A program made the position numbers and the translations under genes. 64,000 nt of DNA, from positions 13,578,001-13,642,000 of the forward strand of contig OZ249448.1 in the NCBI GenBank assembly GCA_965235115.1, written 5' to 3'. This DNA is from Laetmonice hystrix (taxonomy: Eukaryota). How positions within the stretch are numbered: position 1 is the first letter of the stretch; the number at the start of each line of letters is the position of its first letter. This document shows positions 39,801 through 53,556 of the stretch, one piece after another. Under the pieces are notes generated by a model that worked only from the letters and a program-made list of their open reading frames with translations, was not told the origin of the DNA and searched no databases.

Positions 39801-42800
39801 GGTTTTTGTTTGCAGTGCAGGATTGCGTGGAGTTGAGGAGGTCTGGTGCAGGTTTTCTTTCCCTTATAAATGTTGAGGAATAGTTTTTGATTTCCACTAA
39901 ATATAAGTGATCTCCGACGAAATGTGCGGGTGCTATGGCAATCAAAGACAAAAGGCCACAGACGTTTGGCCTGCTTGGCCGGCCACTGATAATTGTGGCC
40001 ATATGTTTCATGAGATGACTCAATGTGCCGGTGGTGTAGTATCATTACCGATGATTGTAGTTGGAAGATCATACTTTGCCCACGTGAAGAAGTGGGGATG
40101 AATGAGAATATCGAGGAGGTGGTGATTCACGGAGTGCGGAAGGTTTGAGCAAAGTTTGGCAGACGTGTCGTGGCTGGCTGGCGGGCAGGAAGCAGACTTA
40201 TCATTGTCGTGTAATCTAAGTTGGGGCGGGGAGCGGGAGGCAGATCGGAGTGCCGGTCGAACAGGGGGTGGGGGTGGGTAGGTACAGCAGGGAGCGATAT
40301 GCCCTCATCAGTAGCGCAGGGGTTGGGGGTGGTGGGAGGGAGGGGGTACAGCAGGCAGGGGTCCGGGTGTGTGTCTGTTGAGCCAAAACCTGAGACGGCA
40401 TGCATGGTAACCTAGCCCGTACTAAGGTGACTGTCTGTCTGCCTGTCCTCCACCCTCAACCAGGGGGCCGCCCTCTCCGAACTTTTTATGCTCAGAATGA
40501 CAATGAAGTAGAGCAGCAGTAAGACTTCTGTAGGCGATTGTGTGCCCCCCCCCCCCCCCCCGCCGTCATGCTCTATTGCTTGCACCGCCATATACCAATC
40601 TAAAAAGGAGCTAGGAAATTGCCCAAGAGCGGTGTTGAGAATGCGACATGGGGCCTCTGAGGTCAGTGAGAGGGCCTGACTGGTGAGAAATTGGGGGTTT
40701 AGGGGTGAGGAAGGGGAGGACCCTCAGAGCATGGCGGCCATGGGGAGGGGGCGGTATTGGAACAGTATCTATCAGCATTCACAGTCTAGGTCAGCACTAA
40801 TAGAAAAAAGGCAGTAAACTGGGGGAGATGAAGGTCTTGTGGAGGTGGCTGGGTCAGTGGAAGCACATGCTCTATCGGTATGAAAGGGGACGGTTTGAGT
40901 ACCCGCCAAGAACAGGCGCTGTGTTTACATGACAAAGCCCTCGTATATATCTACGGGCACATTTCACAATGTTAGCCCGATCGTAACGTGGTGTGAAGCC
41001 AACCGATGCGAGTTTTTGCCAATTTTTTGTTCCGCTCTATTGGCTACATGGGGCGTCCAGACACTTCACTGCGGCGGTCCCAACAAAAGACTTGGCAGAC
41101 AAGGATAATGGCTTGAATGTGCAATGCACGTTAAACATGACTGTAATTAACAACTTTGTTGGTTGTGGTGGGGGTGAGGTGGGGTGGGGGTTGGGCGGGG
41201 GGGGGGGGGGGAGGGATGACATGGTGTCTCCCTGTCCGTGCCAGGGACGTGAGAAGGCAGCGTGCGCTGAGATCACCAGCCAGCCAGCCGCAGGACGTCC
41301 CAAGGCAGAAAGCAGTCCATGGACCCAAAGACACAACCGCCCGTGAAACTTTCTGGAAACAGAGATGACTGCCACCAAACTTTGAGAGTGTTTTGACTCC
41401 CAAGGAAGGAAAGCCACACCAGAATCAATCAGAAGAGAACTCACCGGAACATCCCTGACGAGTCTGGGGAAGAAGGGTTTCCTTCAAGGAGATTAAATAA
41501 GTTAAATTATTGTAACGTTTCTCCACACTTTTTCGATGACCGTAAAACAGGGATGTAGGGTTATTTTATTTAAAGAGAATGACAATGCATTTTAATGAGG
41601 ATGGGACATGAACGATCATCTCTAAACTGAGAAATGATCTCATTAAATAGAACACTTGTGCTCATCCCTTTCCTTCTTTTGAATTTTGATGCTTTTGTGA
41701 TCTTCGTTTTGATTCGAAAGAAACTTTGCTGAAGAGGTGTGCCGGTGGAGTGGAAGGGGGAGATGGGGAGGCGCTGAGACAACAAGGGACTACGGGCACA
41801 CACGTACTGCCCCGTCTCAATCCCGTGGCAGAGAGAGGGCATTGGGCGGAGAGAGAAAGAAAGAAAAAAGTTAACAGTCATGTCACGCAGCCAAAGACAC
41901 TCCCCGCTGGGATCCAACTATAAAACTCAGGCCAGTGGAGGAAAAAAAACAACACACGAGCCAACTAAAAAAGTCAGATCTGCCCGAGTTGCTAAACTCC
42001 TCAACCAATGATCAATCATCCGTCGGTGCAATGGACCTCGTGAAAATAAGGGTCATACTGTGGCAGTGGAACAGTTGGGCCCGATCTCGGTGGTAATAGG
42101 GATAGGTGGTTTGCATATGTAAATGTGTGACAACCATTGGAACCTCTGAGACCGATGTGAGGCGTAAACATGAGGCTTCCTTGTTCTATGAGTCTGGGAT
42201 TGTGATCGAAACCTGAGAATGGGACACAGGCACAGGAAGGTAGCGATGGGAGGGGGGACCAAGGCTCGGTCCATCACTACTGAAGTCGACTCTTCCAAAA
42301 GTTGGCCCAGGTTATGCGTAGGGGCTGGGTAGGGGCTGAGACTCGGGGAGGGGGTGCCGTGGGGCTTGGTGCATGTGCTCAGTGCAGGCTGACATAGAAC
42401 CTATAGCCGGTGATCTATAAATCGGGGACAAGTCGATCTGTAAATAGACAGCGGTGGGAGGACCCGTGTATGGGCGCGGGAAGTCGGGGGAGGGGGTGAG
42501 TGGGGGCAGTGTCTGCCACTCTGCGGCGGCCTGGTAAAGTTTGCCGGGCTGGAGTGGAGTAGGGTGGGGTGTGGGGGGGGGGGCGGTGGGCAAGGAGTGC
42601 GATATGACCGTGTCCGCCTCTGTCCACCACCTCCACCAGGCAGCACGCCCCATGTGTACATAGATTCACATGCTGAGTCGGCGTTTGTCCGTCTTTGCTT
42701 GTTCTTGTCCTCACCGCCACGGTCTATTGGGCACCCGGAGTGGGAGGGTGTGGAGGGGTGCCCGCCTGACCAGTACTGGTAGCGGGCGGGTGGGGAGGGC

Positions 42801-45800
42801 GCTGTCAGCGAACAGGGATCTATTTACCATCCCTCCACACAAAGGCAGCCCTAACGTTGGCTCTGCTATAGACAGCCTTGTCAGATTCACACAAAGCCTC
42901 CTGTATGTGTGCAGTAGAAAGTGGGACAGGGCGGTGGATAGCGGTGCACCGTTTATGATGCTTGATGATGCGTGCGGGACGGTTGAGGCGCCCCCACCCA
43001 CCGCCCGACCCACCGGCCGGCCGCCGGGTCTACCCCCTTGATGGGTCATGCCAATGGAATGTATCGCTTGCGACAGCGGCGCGATGGGCCGATTTCCTTC
43101 GCAGAACTTCGGCAGTTCAACAGGTGAACCAATTCACCAAGAACGAGAGCATGTGGGGGTGGGGTGGGGGGAAGGGGGTAGAAAGAAAGAACCCCGCAGG
43201 ATCCACAGGAAGGACAGATGGCTCTTCAGATTTATTTACCGATATTGATTTGTCCAGGGGGTTTTCATGTGTTTGTTTAGAGAGAAATAAAGGTATAGAC
43301 TAAACACATGGAGAGAAGCAGAGTGACGTTGTCTTGGCTTCGTGACGGATGAGTTAAAAAAAGATGTAAACTATAAGTAGGTTTGACTGGGTGGTGTGAT
43401 AGGTTGACGTGCTTGATCCTATCGGCACATTCCAGATCATACCACACTGGATGATGACAACAGAACAGAAAGAAAGTTCTACATAGCCTGTCGACTTGAT
43501 CCCATGCCAAAAGATCAAACTCTACTGGTACCTCCCTTTGCATAGTTATTCTCTTTAGCCTGACAGCAGTGTATTGATGGGACAGGAAGGTCAGCTTTCA
43601 GAAAAAATAAAGGGACCGAAAAAAGGGAGCCAAAAACGTTGAAAGCTTATATATTGAGCCATTGGCGAAAAGAGAAGATTGTTGGCCACGGGGTCTGAAG
43701 GTCCATGATGTCGGTGACTTGTGTGTGTATCGGTCTCTGAGACGAGTTGCTTTGTGAGGGATGTCATGTGAAGCGTGACGGAGGGCCAGAAAAATGTCAG
43801 CCTTGTCTTCGCCGTCACGGTTCACTGGCTGTTGGTCAATGTCAGGACTTGATAGAATGTTCCATGTCATGCAACAAGAAAATTACTTGTGTCAACTTCC
43901 GAAATTATGACTTTTTCATCCTGTTTTATCACGTATGCCTGACTTGCCACCATAAGAGGTAAGGCAAACCTTTTGGGGACACCATGTTTAATGAGGTATG
44001 GTGAGATGTTTTTATACTTTTAAAATAAAGTTTAAAGTAACGGTTACTGGGTTTCTGGAACTCGACATGTGTAAATTCATAGATCTTATTCCTACAACTT
44101 AGTTTGTCTAGATACAGCGAGATTACTTCTTTTTTCGGTCGCAGTTTTTCAAGGCAATAAGATCGGCTGTCCAACAATTTGTCAGCAATTTGTGTTGTCA
44201 GAAGGCTAGGCCCCTGTTTCATCCCTGTTCTGTGACTTTCAAGGACAGACGATAATTTAGCAGGATTTGACGCTGACTCTGTGCTTACTACGCAATACGT
44301 TAGCGCCTCCTGCCGTCAAATACCCCATATTTTATTGTGTGCGATCTGTTACACGTTGCCCACCCGAAAGAAATGACAGTTTTAGCGTGAGGAGCATGTT
44401 CTGTAATGTCCTGTTATATATAGCTGCAACTGAGATGTAACGGGTCAGATTGGCAGGTCACATTGACTCACGCTATTGGCAGGCCTGAATGGAGTGGCAA
44501 TAAGATTTCCGTAAAGAAAGGCCATAAAATCACCCCCCCCCTTCCAAAAAAAAAAAAAAAAGATCAGAAAAATAAGTTTAGATCTGGTTATAACTGGGAC
44601 ACGCTACAACCAGACCCCCCCCCCCCCCCCCTTCACCCAATCTTTTTTTTTTATTAATTTGTCAAAAGCTCTGATTGTCGGATAGCAGCAGCATTGTATG
44701 ATCTTCCGTGGAAAAAGGCACGGAACATGGAACAATTATAAAAAGGTGAAGATACGTTTTAAAAGACTTTCTCCACTGGGGTGAACCCCCCCCCCCTCCT
44801 CGTCTTTAAATCCCCTCTTTGCTGAATTGTGTAAGTCAAACTATTCCCTGATGGTGGAGAGTGGAGAAGTTGTTAATGAAAGAGTGGGCCGTATAATATC
44901 CGCGAACCGAACCCCAACCGTATCCGGTTGTCATTCAGGGCGCCCCATCAGTACCTCAGTTTTGTGGCCATGCAAAAACACACACTACTGTGTGTAATTT
45001 ATATGTGATATCAGCTGCTATTTGTGTGTGTGCCTGTCATGCGTTACACTCTGAAGTATATTTCCATGTGAAGGGGAGAGGTCGCCCAAACCAGTTGTCA
45101 TTGCCATGTCAATAAGTATGGGGCTGTGACGTTACTGTCACCATCATTGGGGCACATATCGAAGTGTCGTCAGGTGTTGTACCCCAGAAGTCGGGTGTGG
45201 CCTGGCTTTACTGACCCTGTCCATCAGTACCTATAGAATCCCCCCCTTCACGACTCTTTGACTAAAAGTCCCTGTCCTCCGGGTCCTGAAAGGCCCTATA
45301 AACTCTCACACAGGAGTTGTACACACAAGCTACTCTCCCACTTACACAACTTGATTTGGAAGCTTTATGGTTTGACTAGTGGATTGTGTGGAGAGTAGAA
45401 ATGCCTCGTTTTGTGGGAGATTTCTGCCGGCAGTGTGTCTGGTGAAACAGGTGTTTATAACGAGGCTACTGCAGGGGGAGGAGGGGGGACGTTTTTACCT
45501 GACAAGTGCTCTCTCGGATGTGATCAGGCCCAGTGGATGTGTTGAGATAGACACAGGTTATCTGTTGACGAATCCTCTGGCCCGGACAGAGATCTCTTCA
45601 CAGATGGATAGAGAGATGGGTAGCAACATTTCAAGCGGTATCCCCAAACGTGTCTTACAACGACTCCGCGGCGTCACCACAGGTGTTATATAACATTAAA
45701 TGGAGATTTGTCTTAAGATGTGTAAGCAGGGGTTTCCTCAGCTCACAAACTCATTAAAGAAGGAAATCATTTGTCAGGAAGGCCCTGTTGACAAAAAGGT

Positions 45801-48800
45801 CCTAAACCCTTTACAGTCTTTCGCCTTCAGCGAGAGAAATCCTCTTCTCAAAAACGACTTTGTTAGTAATGTTTTCCCCTACGGAAGGTGAAGTACGTGC
45901 AGCTATAGTAGACGGAACTTCCTCCAGGATTTGGTCAGAGTGTGATCACATATCTTGTCCCACAAGTCTGATCGCCTGATGGGCAATGGGTCACTGTATC
46001 GCACTTTGTTACGTAACATATTTCAAGGATTGAATGGCTCAGAGGTAACTTTAATGTCTTCTGGGTGTTTTAAATTGGAGGTTTGGTCCTCAAGTCGGCG
46101 GTGGGATGGTAGATCAGTGAAGTGTTTCAATGGAAACTGTCTGAAAACACCAGCACTTTCATAGTCTGACCTACAGCAATGAGAAGTACCTCCACGTCTG
46201 TTCTGAGGGAAGCATAGATCTGCTTATCTGGGGGGCTCCCTTCCTCTGCACCCCGCCCAGCCCCCCCCCCCCCTCTTCCTCTGACAGATCAGTGTTGCCC
46301 CAGCTGTTTTTCTTTATGTCCTGATCGACTCTGAACACGATCTTCTCCACCAGGCAATACGACTGTGTTCAAGAAGCGGCCGGTTATTTTCGCCCGCGCC
46401 GCATGTTATGTATAAACAAGCCACGACTCGGGACCTAAACGGCGCACAACTAGGTCGGCATCAATCCGCTGTCAAACTGGCCCCCGCCGATAAATGTGTC
46501 TTCATTTCACCAGCTCGCTGCTGTTCAATTGGATTATATTTTTAGGCTGCAGAGACCCGGATAAGATAATCGAATTTCCTCCTCAGCCAAGTGTTTTGCA
46601 GGAGCCGGTACACATAGATGATTTAACCCCAGCCGTCGGGGAGTGAGTACACGGTGGCGGGGTTTATAGAGAGATGTCTGGTTATTGCCAATCACCATCC
46701 CTTATAAAGATCACTGAGGAACATGCTGTAGTCCCAGTAACATTGCATACCTATGATTGGCAGCGGTTGGGGCGAGTCCATGGGCGGAAACGTCGTGATA
46801 AATACTCAGGATTGTTTCTGGCCCTGAGAACAAAAACAAAGTCTGTAAGAGCTAAGATTTACAGGGGCCCGTCTAATCGTAATCATTTCATATCACACTC
46901 AATCGTAGGGTTGGATTTCAACAGGTTGTGTAACAGATTGCCTGCGTCAGTTTACAGATATATACGAGGTTTCATAGGGTAGATCTATAAGCCCTCACAT
47001 CCCACATGGCTTTGGGGATACAGGAGGGGATGGAAATAGGCAAGTAATCTCCAGAACTAAGGATTACCTTTGACAATGGAGTTACCCGATTTCTCGATCA
47101 ACGATTCCGGGGAAGAAAAAAAAGACAAATAATTGTTTCAGAATTATGATCCCAAGGGTATAATAGGTTTAGTTAACTCCAGTTTAAAAATATGTACTTC
47201 AAAGAAATGACACTCTCTTATTCGAGGAAAGAGTGTTATTTTCGTATTAGTCATTAAACATGACAGCTGGCTGAATTATAGAAACTTGGATTAGAGCGTT
47301 CAGAAAGTCAAAGGTAAGATCTATACCAAGCCTGCGATGTTGGTGGTCCAGGGAGAACTTGCCCATGCATCCTGGCCTTTGAAATGCCAAAGTAAAAAAA
47401 AGGAAGGGGAAAAAACTTCTCAAGGGTTTCATAAAGTGAGCATTATAGTCATTTAGCGGATGGTTCATGGATGGTTCGCAAGCATGATGCGAAGGTGAAA
47501 TACAAATGTAACAAAATAGCGGTCGTGTCCCGTGTCCCTGAAACCGTCAATTTCCAATTTGCATTTGTTTTAAACTTTATAAAAAGTGTCACAGCGGTAG
47601 AAATAAAATCGGCGAAATTACAAGACACTACATGCGCATGCGTGAGCATGTGGTTCTTTTCATCCCAGCATTGTGAGTCATTTCCTTTCACATCCAACAT
47701 CTGACAGATATCTGATTGTAAAAGCCCTAAAGTAATCACATCATACAAGTTGGCATAATATGGCGAGTTGCTGAGTTCAAACATGTACATGAGAACCGTT
47801 TATCATCATAAGGAGATCTGACATATCTTGAAGTTGTTTGCCAATCGGCCACTTTTTCTGCTGCCCCCACCTCTTGTTAATGGCCGCGCCGACTGTGTTC
47901 ACTGAATCCTTGATCAGCGCTACTGATTGTGATAAATGACTGCTTAGCCACAAGACACTCGAGAGGCTATGGGTTCAGGGCGATTACCAATCTCAGTATT
48001 ACCATCGCCGTCTTCTGGTCTAACTCCGGAAACTTTGTACGGGCTGGGGGTAAGATCGTGAAGACCTCCACAGGTACATTGTAAGTTTCTGAAGTCAATA
48101 TTAAAAGTGTCGCAGAATGGGCTCTCCAGGTGTCCCGGCTATAAAAATGTTTTAAGTTGGTATTTTGTTTTGAATAAGGACCGATGGATTGGATATTGCC
48201 TTCACCGTGCAAGGTCACAGACAGTGGCTGGTTTTTTTAATTATTCCTGATGGGAGACATAGAAATTTCAGATTCTTTCATCGGCGTGAAGTCTGGGGAC
48301 CCATATTGGAGAGCACCGATTGTATATTGAGAATTGCGAGTGGTTGGTGTTTAAGATTTGCGAGAGAGGTGTGTGTGGTGTCGAGGTTGTTGGGATGTCG
48401 CCATGTAGTGGGGGCTGGGTGGGAGGAGGTACGGTAAGTTCTGTCCACCGAGCCACTGAACCCAGACTGACCCGCACCTTTTACTGTGGGAAACAGCACC
48501 AAAATCATGCCACCTATTGTGGTGCCTTGTGGCAGAAAATCAGGAGCATGATGTCAGAGGGCGGGTGTAACCCTGGCGGAATTCTCGGGCCGTGGTATGG
48601 CATCAAACTGAAGGAATCGTAGCAAAGGAGGACTTGGGAGGACTTGGGGCTCTGAATGATGAGGGATCATATTGGTCCTTTTACAAAGTCTTAGGTCCTC
48701 TTATAAAGTCCTCTTACAGTCTTAGGTTCTCTTATAAAGTCTTAGGTCCTGTTATAAAGATGTATGGGTTGAGGGTGGACTAGGTGAGGATTATACTCGA

Positions 48801-51800
48801 AACTTATGCTTGGTTGGTTGCCCCCGACACCTGAAAAAACTCAAATATTCCCCTTAGGTTTTATGGCATTATTTTTTCAAAATGCCCCCCCCCCCCCAAA
48901 AAAAAAGAAGGTGTGATCCTCCAGGAAACGCTGCCCACATATATAGAAACTGGTCCCCGACTCCTGATATTGAAAATCAATGACCCCCGCCCCCCACCAC
49001 CACCACCCCAACCCCAAAGTTGGACATCCAGAACTTCAGAAGTCGTGGCAATATGGAATTAGGTTCTAAAAATTGTCATTATCAAGTTAGAAGGCGCCGG
49101 CTGACATTGTAATACGTAGGTCAGTGGGTATGAAAGCTTTCTGTAACAAATTAAGGATGGTTGATGAATGATGAGTATTTATTTTGTGATCTGTCTCAGT
49201 CCTGTTTCATTACGTAGTGCTGGTAATTTACCGATTGACAGTAAATGTCCTGGGGATGGAGACATACGTGTGTGAGTCCTAACTATGTAAGTGTGTGAGT
49301 GTCACTCATAGCCTGTGCGTGTTTGGAGAATAATACCAGACAGTAAGAGGGAGCAGACTGGAGGAAATCTTCAGAGGACAGAGTCACACTTTGAGCTGGG
49401 ATCGGTTTCTGTCTCCTCCCCCGCTCTCCCCCGACAGCCACCAGTTCCTGTGTTATATTATAAAACCTCCACCACAGCGCTTCGAGGGCCCCAGTCGCTG
49501 CTCTCGTCCCATTTGCATACAAAGGGGATTAAAGCACTATTAGTTCCGATGGAGTATGCTTTCAGGGGGCCAGGCCGGGGTTGGGAGGCGGATGTGCATA
49601 CTGCCCCCGTGCGTGCATAGAAACATCAGTTATTAAACAGTGGCAATATGGCGGCCGTCATAACCACCAATATTGGTAGCCCAGATGAGTCGAAGCGAGA
49701 TACTTTAAGTGACAGATGACCACCAATATGCAGTGACCTGATCCTGGCGGAAGGGGACCTTCTGCCATCAATCCGGTCAGCGTGACACACTTTGAATGCC
49801 AGCCCGCATTCAATGCATGTGTACCACGGCCTATTGGCTCATAAAGTTGTCAACCAGTAGGAGGTTGGGGGGGGGGGGGGGGGGTCAGATATAGACAGAG
49901 AGGGAGGATGAGCCGGTGTCTGTCGGTCCACCCAGCCTGACGTGCTCGACTCCCAGACAAACCCTCCCCGGCCCGACCGGTCCCACTACAAGACAGACCT
50001 AACCGATCTCGGAATTCGCACAACACGGACGGGAGATGTTCTCTGCTTGAACAGCAGAACGTTTATTCACATTCCTGGATGGTACCCGTTCTCCCCGAAT
50101 ACTAATCAACCGAACGAGGGCAGAACGCTGGCTTGGGGCGTCACAGCGACGTGTTCACAAACCATGCTCGGCCCCTTTTTTCAGGTGTGATGTCAGGGAC
50201 GAGGACGTGGGTAATAAATTGTGTGTGTGTAATGAAGATATCATACCGCACGTCCCCCAACTGGCTGTGACCAATCCGGCACTGACGCGCAGGCGCGGGT
50301 AGACATTTACTTGCAAGTTAAAACGGTTTGGAATTCCGATCGACGGCGTGGTGGGAAAAGTCACGAAAAGATCAGTGCCGATGAAGTATGTGGTTGTTAC
50401 CTGGTTGAGGTCAGACAAGGCATATTTTATCGGATCGGTAACTTGGCCCGTGCCGGGAGCCCACGCTCGAGCTGTAACCCAAGTCAGGCTTAGACTGGCC
50501 AGCGGTCGGGCTGCCCCCTGGTAGCAGTGCCACAAGTTACTCGGAGAAGATCAGGCTAGGATTTGTACCTAGAGGGCTCGCGTGTATACCCCTAACGTTT
50601 GGTATCAGCCGTTAATACCATTGTGAATTTCGTTTTGATTACTTTGAAATTCTGTGGCAGTGTAGTCTTGTGACTATCGGTCGGTAAGATTTTATCAGTA
50701 ATGGTTTTGAAAATCTTTGAAAAAATTCCGTTAAAAAGCTTTTACTAATTTTATTCTATTGTGTCGTTTTGGACACTGGTAATTATAAGCAGGGACGCTC
50801 CTTAAAGAACATCACATTTGACCTCAAAAGGAGAGAATATCAAAGATTGATTTTTAATTTTCCTATTTAATCAGATATTCAATGAATGGGTCAGACAGTA
50901 TGGTGTACCGGAATGGCGTACATGCCGACCTTGTCATAAATTGATGACAGTGCCTGTCAACTATCAGACTTGATGATAAACCTGATGTCTCTTCATACGT
51001 ATGTTGATATATGACATGTCCTGTCACAGAAAAAACACCTTCGGGCTTTTCATGTGCGCCTTTTTAATGTTGGACATCTGAAAAAAGTAACGGAAGTGTG
51101 TTGAGTAAACAAGACCACTGTTAACTAATTTGTCTTTCATAGATAAAGAATATGGATTGCTCAAGAGACAAATTATGTTTTACTAAAAATAGAATTATAC
51201 ATGCAAGATTTCTGTGATAAAAACAAAGATTTAACTTTTTCCCTGCACATACCGTCATGGCGAACCATTTCAAAAGGAAGTAAGGTGAAAATGTTAAATA
51301 ATGAGTTAGGGTTCATGGTGGCCAGTACGACTAATTCTCCCTCGCTTTCCTGACCAAGAGGGGCAGTCGCGAAAGTTGTTAAAACTTAAGGAGAGAATTT
51401 ATCTCCGGGTGGTAGAACTAGAAGGTGATGTAGCATATATTGTATTACTACAGTTTGAGGATGGTGTCTCGGTGGTGGTTTAATGATTAGCAGGGTGTTG
51501 TCAAATGAACGGTAGCATACGATATGCATGGCAGATAATGCCTATTGTATGCATAGAAATGATCCGTTTGGCACTGCGTCATTGGCGGTAGTGTCCAGCA
51601 GCCCCCCCCCCCCCACACCGCCCCCCCCCCAGTCATTAGATAGTGGTGACAGCGGCGGTCGGTGCTGGCACCAGGAGGGGGGGCAGAGGCCGGCCTGACC
51701 GGCACATCGAGGGGGGCGCCCCCCCGGATCAGCCCCCCCCCCCCCCCCGCTTAGCACCATCCTCACTCAGCCATCAATAAAACAATACCAGCCAGACACA

Positions 51801-52332
51801 GTCGACCGACCGCGACATACATTTGTCAATTTTATGGTCGCATTCCCAATCTGTCTGCAGCAGCTATTGTCTATTTATATTGAAAGATAATCGGGATAAA
51901 TTATTGACCAGCATGACGATATGCAAATGAATGATTACTTTTAGTGATGTTTGAAACATCTCATGCCAGGTACACAGCCATCGCCGATCATATTTCTTTC
52001 CATGATGAAATAAACATTAAGGAAATGCCCATTCACTTCCAATAAAACCAGTGATCATTGGTTTTTATATACGAAATAAAATCACATGCCCGCGGCCATT
52101 TGTCGTAAACATTGACTGAGTTTGGCTGCACAGAAATGAGCTGTGGTCTTCTAGTTGGCTGATGTTCAATGTCGGCGCGGCCGGTGACAACCTATCAATG
52201 GTTTTATATTAAACATATCAATAGAGACGAGGGTCACGCAATGGCCGAGTTGGCAGGTAACATGGAATGTGTCAATTGGTAGGTCCGGGATGTGCAGTCT
52301 GTCGATTGGTAGCTATGACTCGGCCTCGGTAA

Positions 52333-52404
52333 TTTTACGGGAGGTCGTGATGGGGTTTTACGGGAGGTCGTGATAGGGGTGTTTACGTTGTGATGGGGTT
52401 TTAC
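52333..52404. repeat. Short degenerate tandem repeat (about 23 bp x3)
   Basis: TTTTACGGGAGGTCGTGATGGGG repeated twice, plus a degenerate third copy. Confidence 0.75.
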
Positions 52405-53556
52405 ACGTAACTCTTCACAACTACCTCACTACGTGTTGCGCAGCAAACAAAGCAGACTCTTTCTGTTCGCAACCAACTGTTGATGAGGGTGTGTTTTTCG
52501 TTGATCTTCGACACTACCCGATCTAATACAGTCATTAAAATGCATTTGGACGTATGATGAGAGCGTCTGGTGATAATTAAAATTGTGAATTCTCAGCGCA
52601 TGCACAACGTGTGATTCTTTGTTCTGACGGGGTATAAATACAAATATTATATTGGGAGTGCCTCAAGGAAAAATGGTAAGCGATTTCAGACCTCACATAC
52701 ACCAATTACTTTACCTTGGGTGTAGCATTGATCTTACAGTGTATGGGTTGTTAGAAAAATAGAGTAATGATTAACAACTGAGATGGCACCATGAACTAAA
52801 TGCATTGCTTTTTAGCCATTTCAATTATAATTCCAATTTCCCAGCAACTCTATTCGCAGTCATATCATTGGTATTTTGTGTGGGTTTGTGATGAGATCAG
52901 AATTCTCAGCCGACATCATAATATGTCCTGAATATAGGTGGAATGTTAAACAAGTTACTAAGGGACGAAACTACTCGACTTCAAATCAAAGTAAAAACAC
53001 ACGGAATCGTCTTCAAGTTTTAAATAATCTTTTCTTGAAAGGGTTACATAATTCCATCAAAGTGAAAATAAATTACCCCGGTACTTTTATTAACTGTACA
53101 TGTAGTTGACATACGGGGAAGTTCTGTCGACGGGAAGTAGTGTACCCGCATTTTACAGACTGGATTCAAACTGTCCTTGCTAATCAGTCTTACCAGATTT
53201 GTTATTACTTGACATAATATTCATGAGATACAAAATTCCCCAATGGTGGCACAAGTATGGATGACGTCCAACCTTTGAAGAAAGTTGAGTCCAAGAATGA
53301 CAATGGAGCACGAGCAAGCTCGTCTTGCTTACAGCTTAGTTCGGAACGACGATGTATTGTAAAGTTGTAGGGGTCGCTCATTAACATAATGGTTAAACGA
53401 GAAGTCGCCATTTGTTTTCCGATAAGTCAAGCGATGTCGTTAATTTCTAGCGGGATATAAAGGTATTTTTGTCAATCTATAAATGCACTTGTGTAAAAGG
53501 ACGTTTTTTAATATACACATGTAAATATTTTACTGGGGTGACAACTGTCCTCCCTG

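Noticed and set aside
40127-43962. Dense cluster of 60-135 aa GC-rich ORFs
   Set aside because: Overlapping on both strands, driven by G/C-rich low complexity, with no recognisable homology; located in CUX intron 1.
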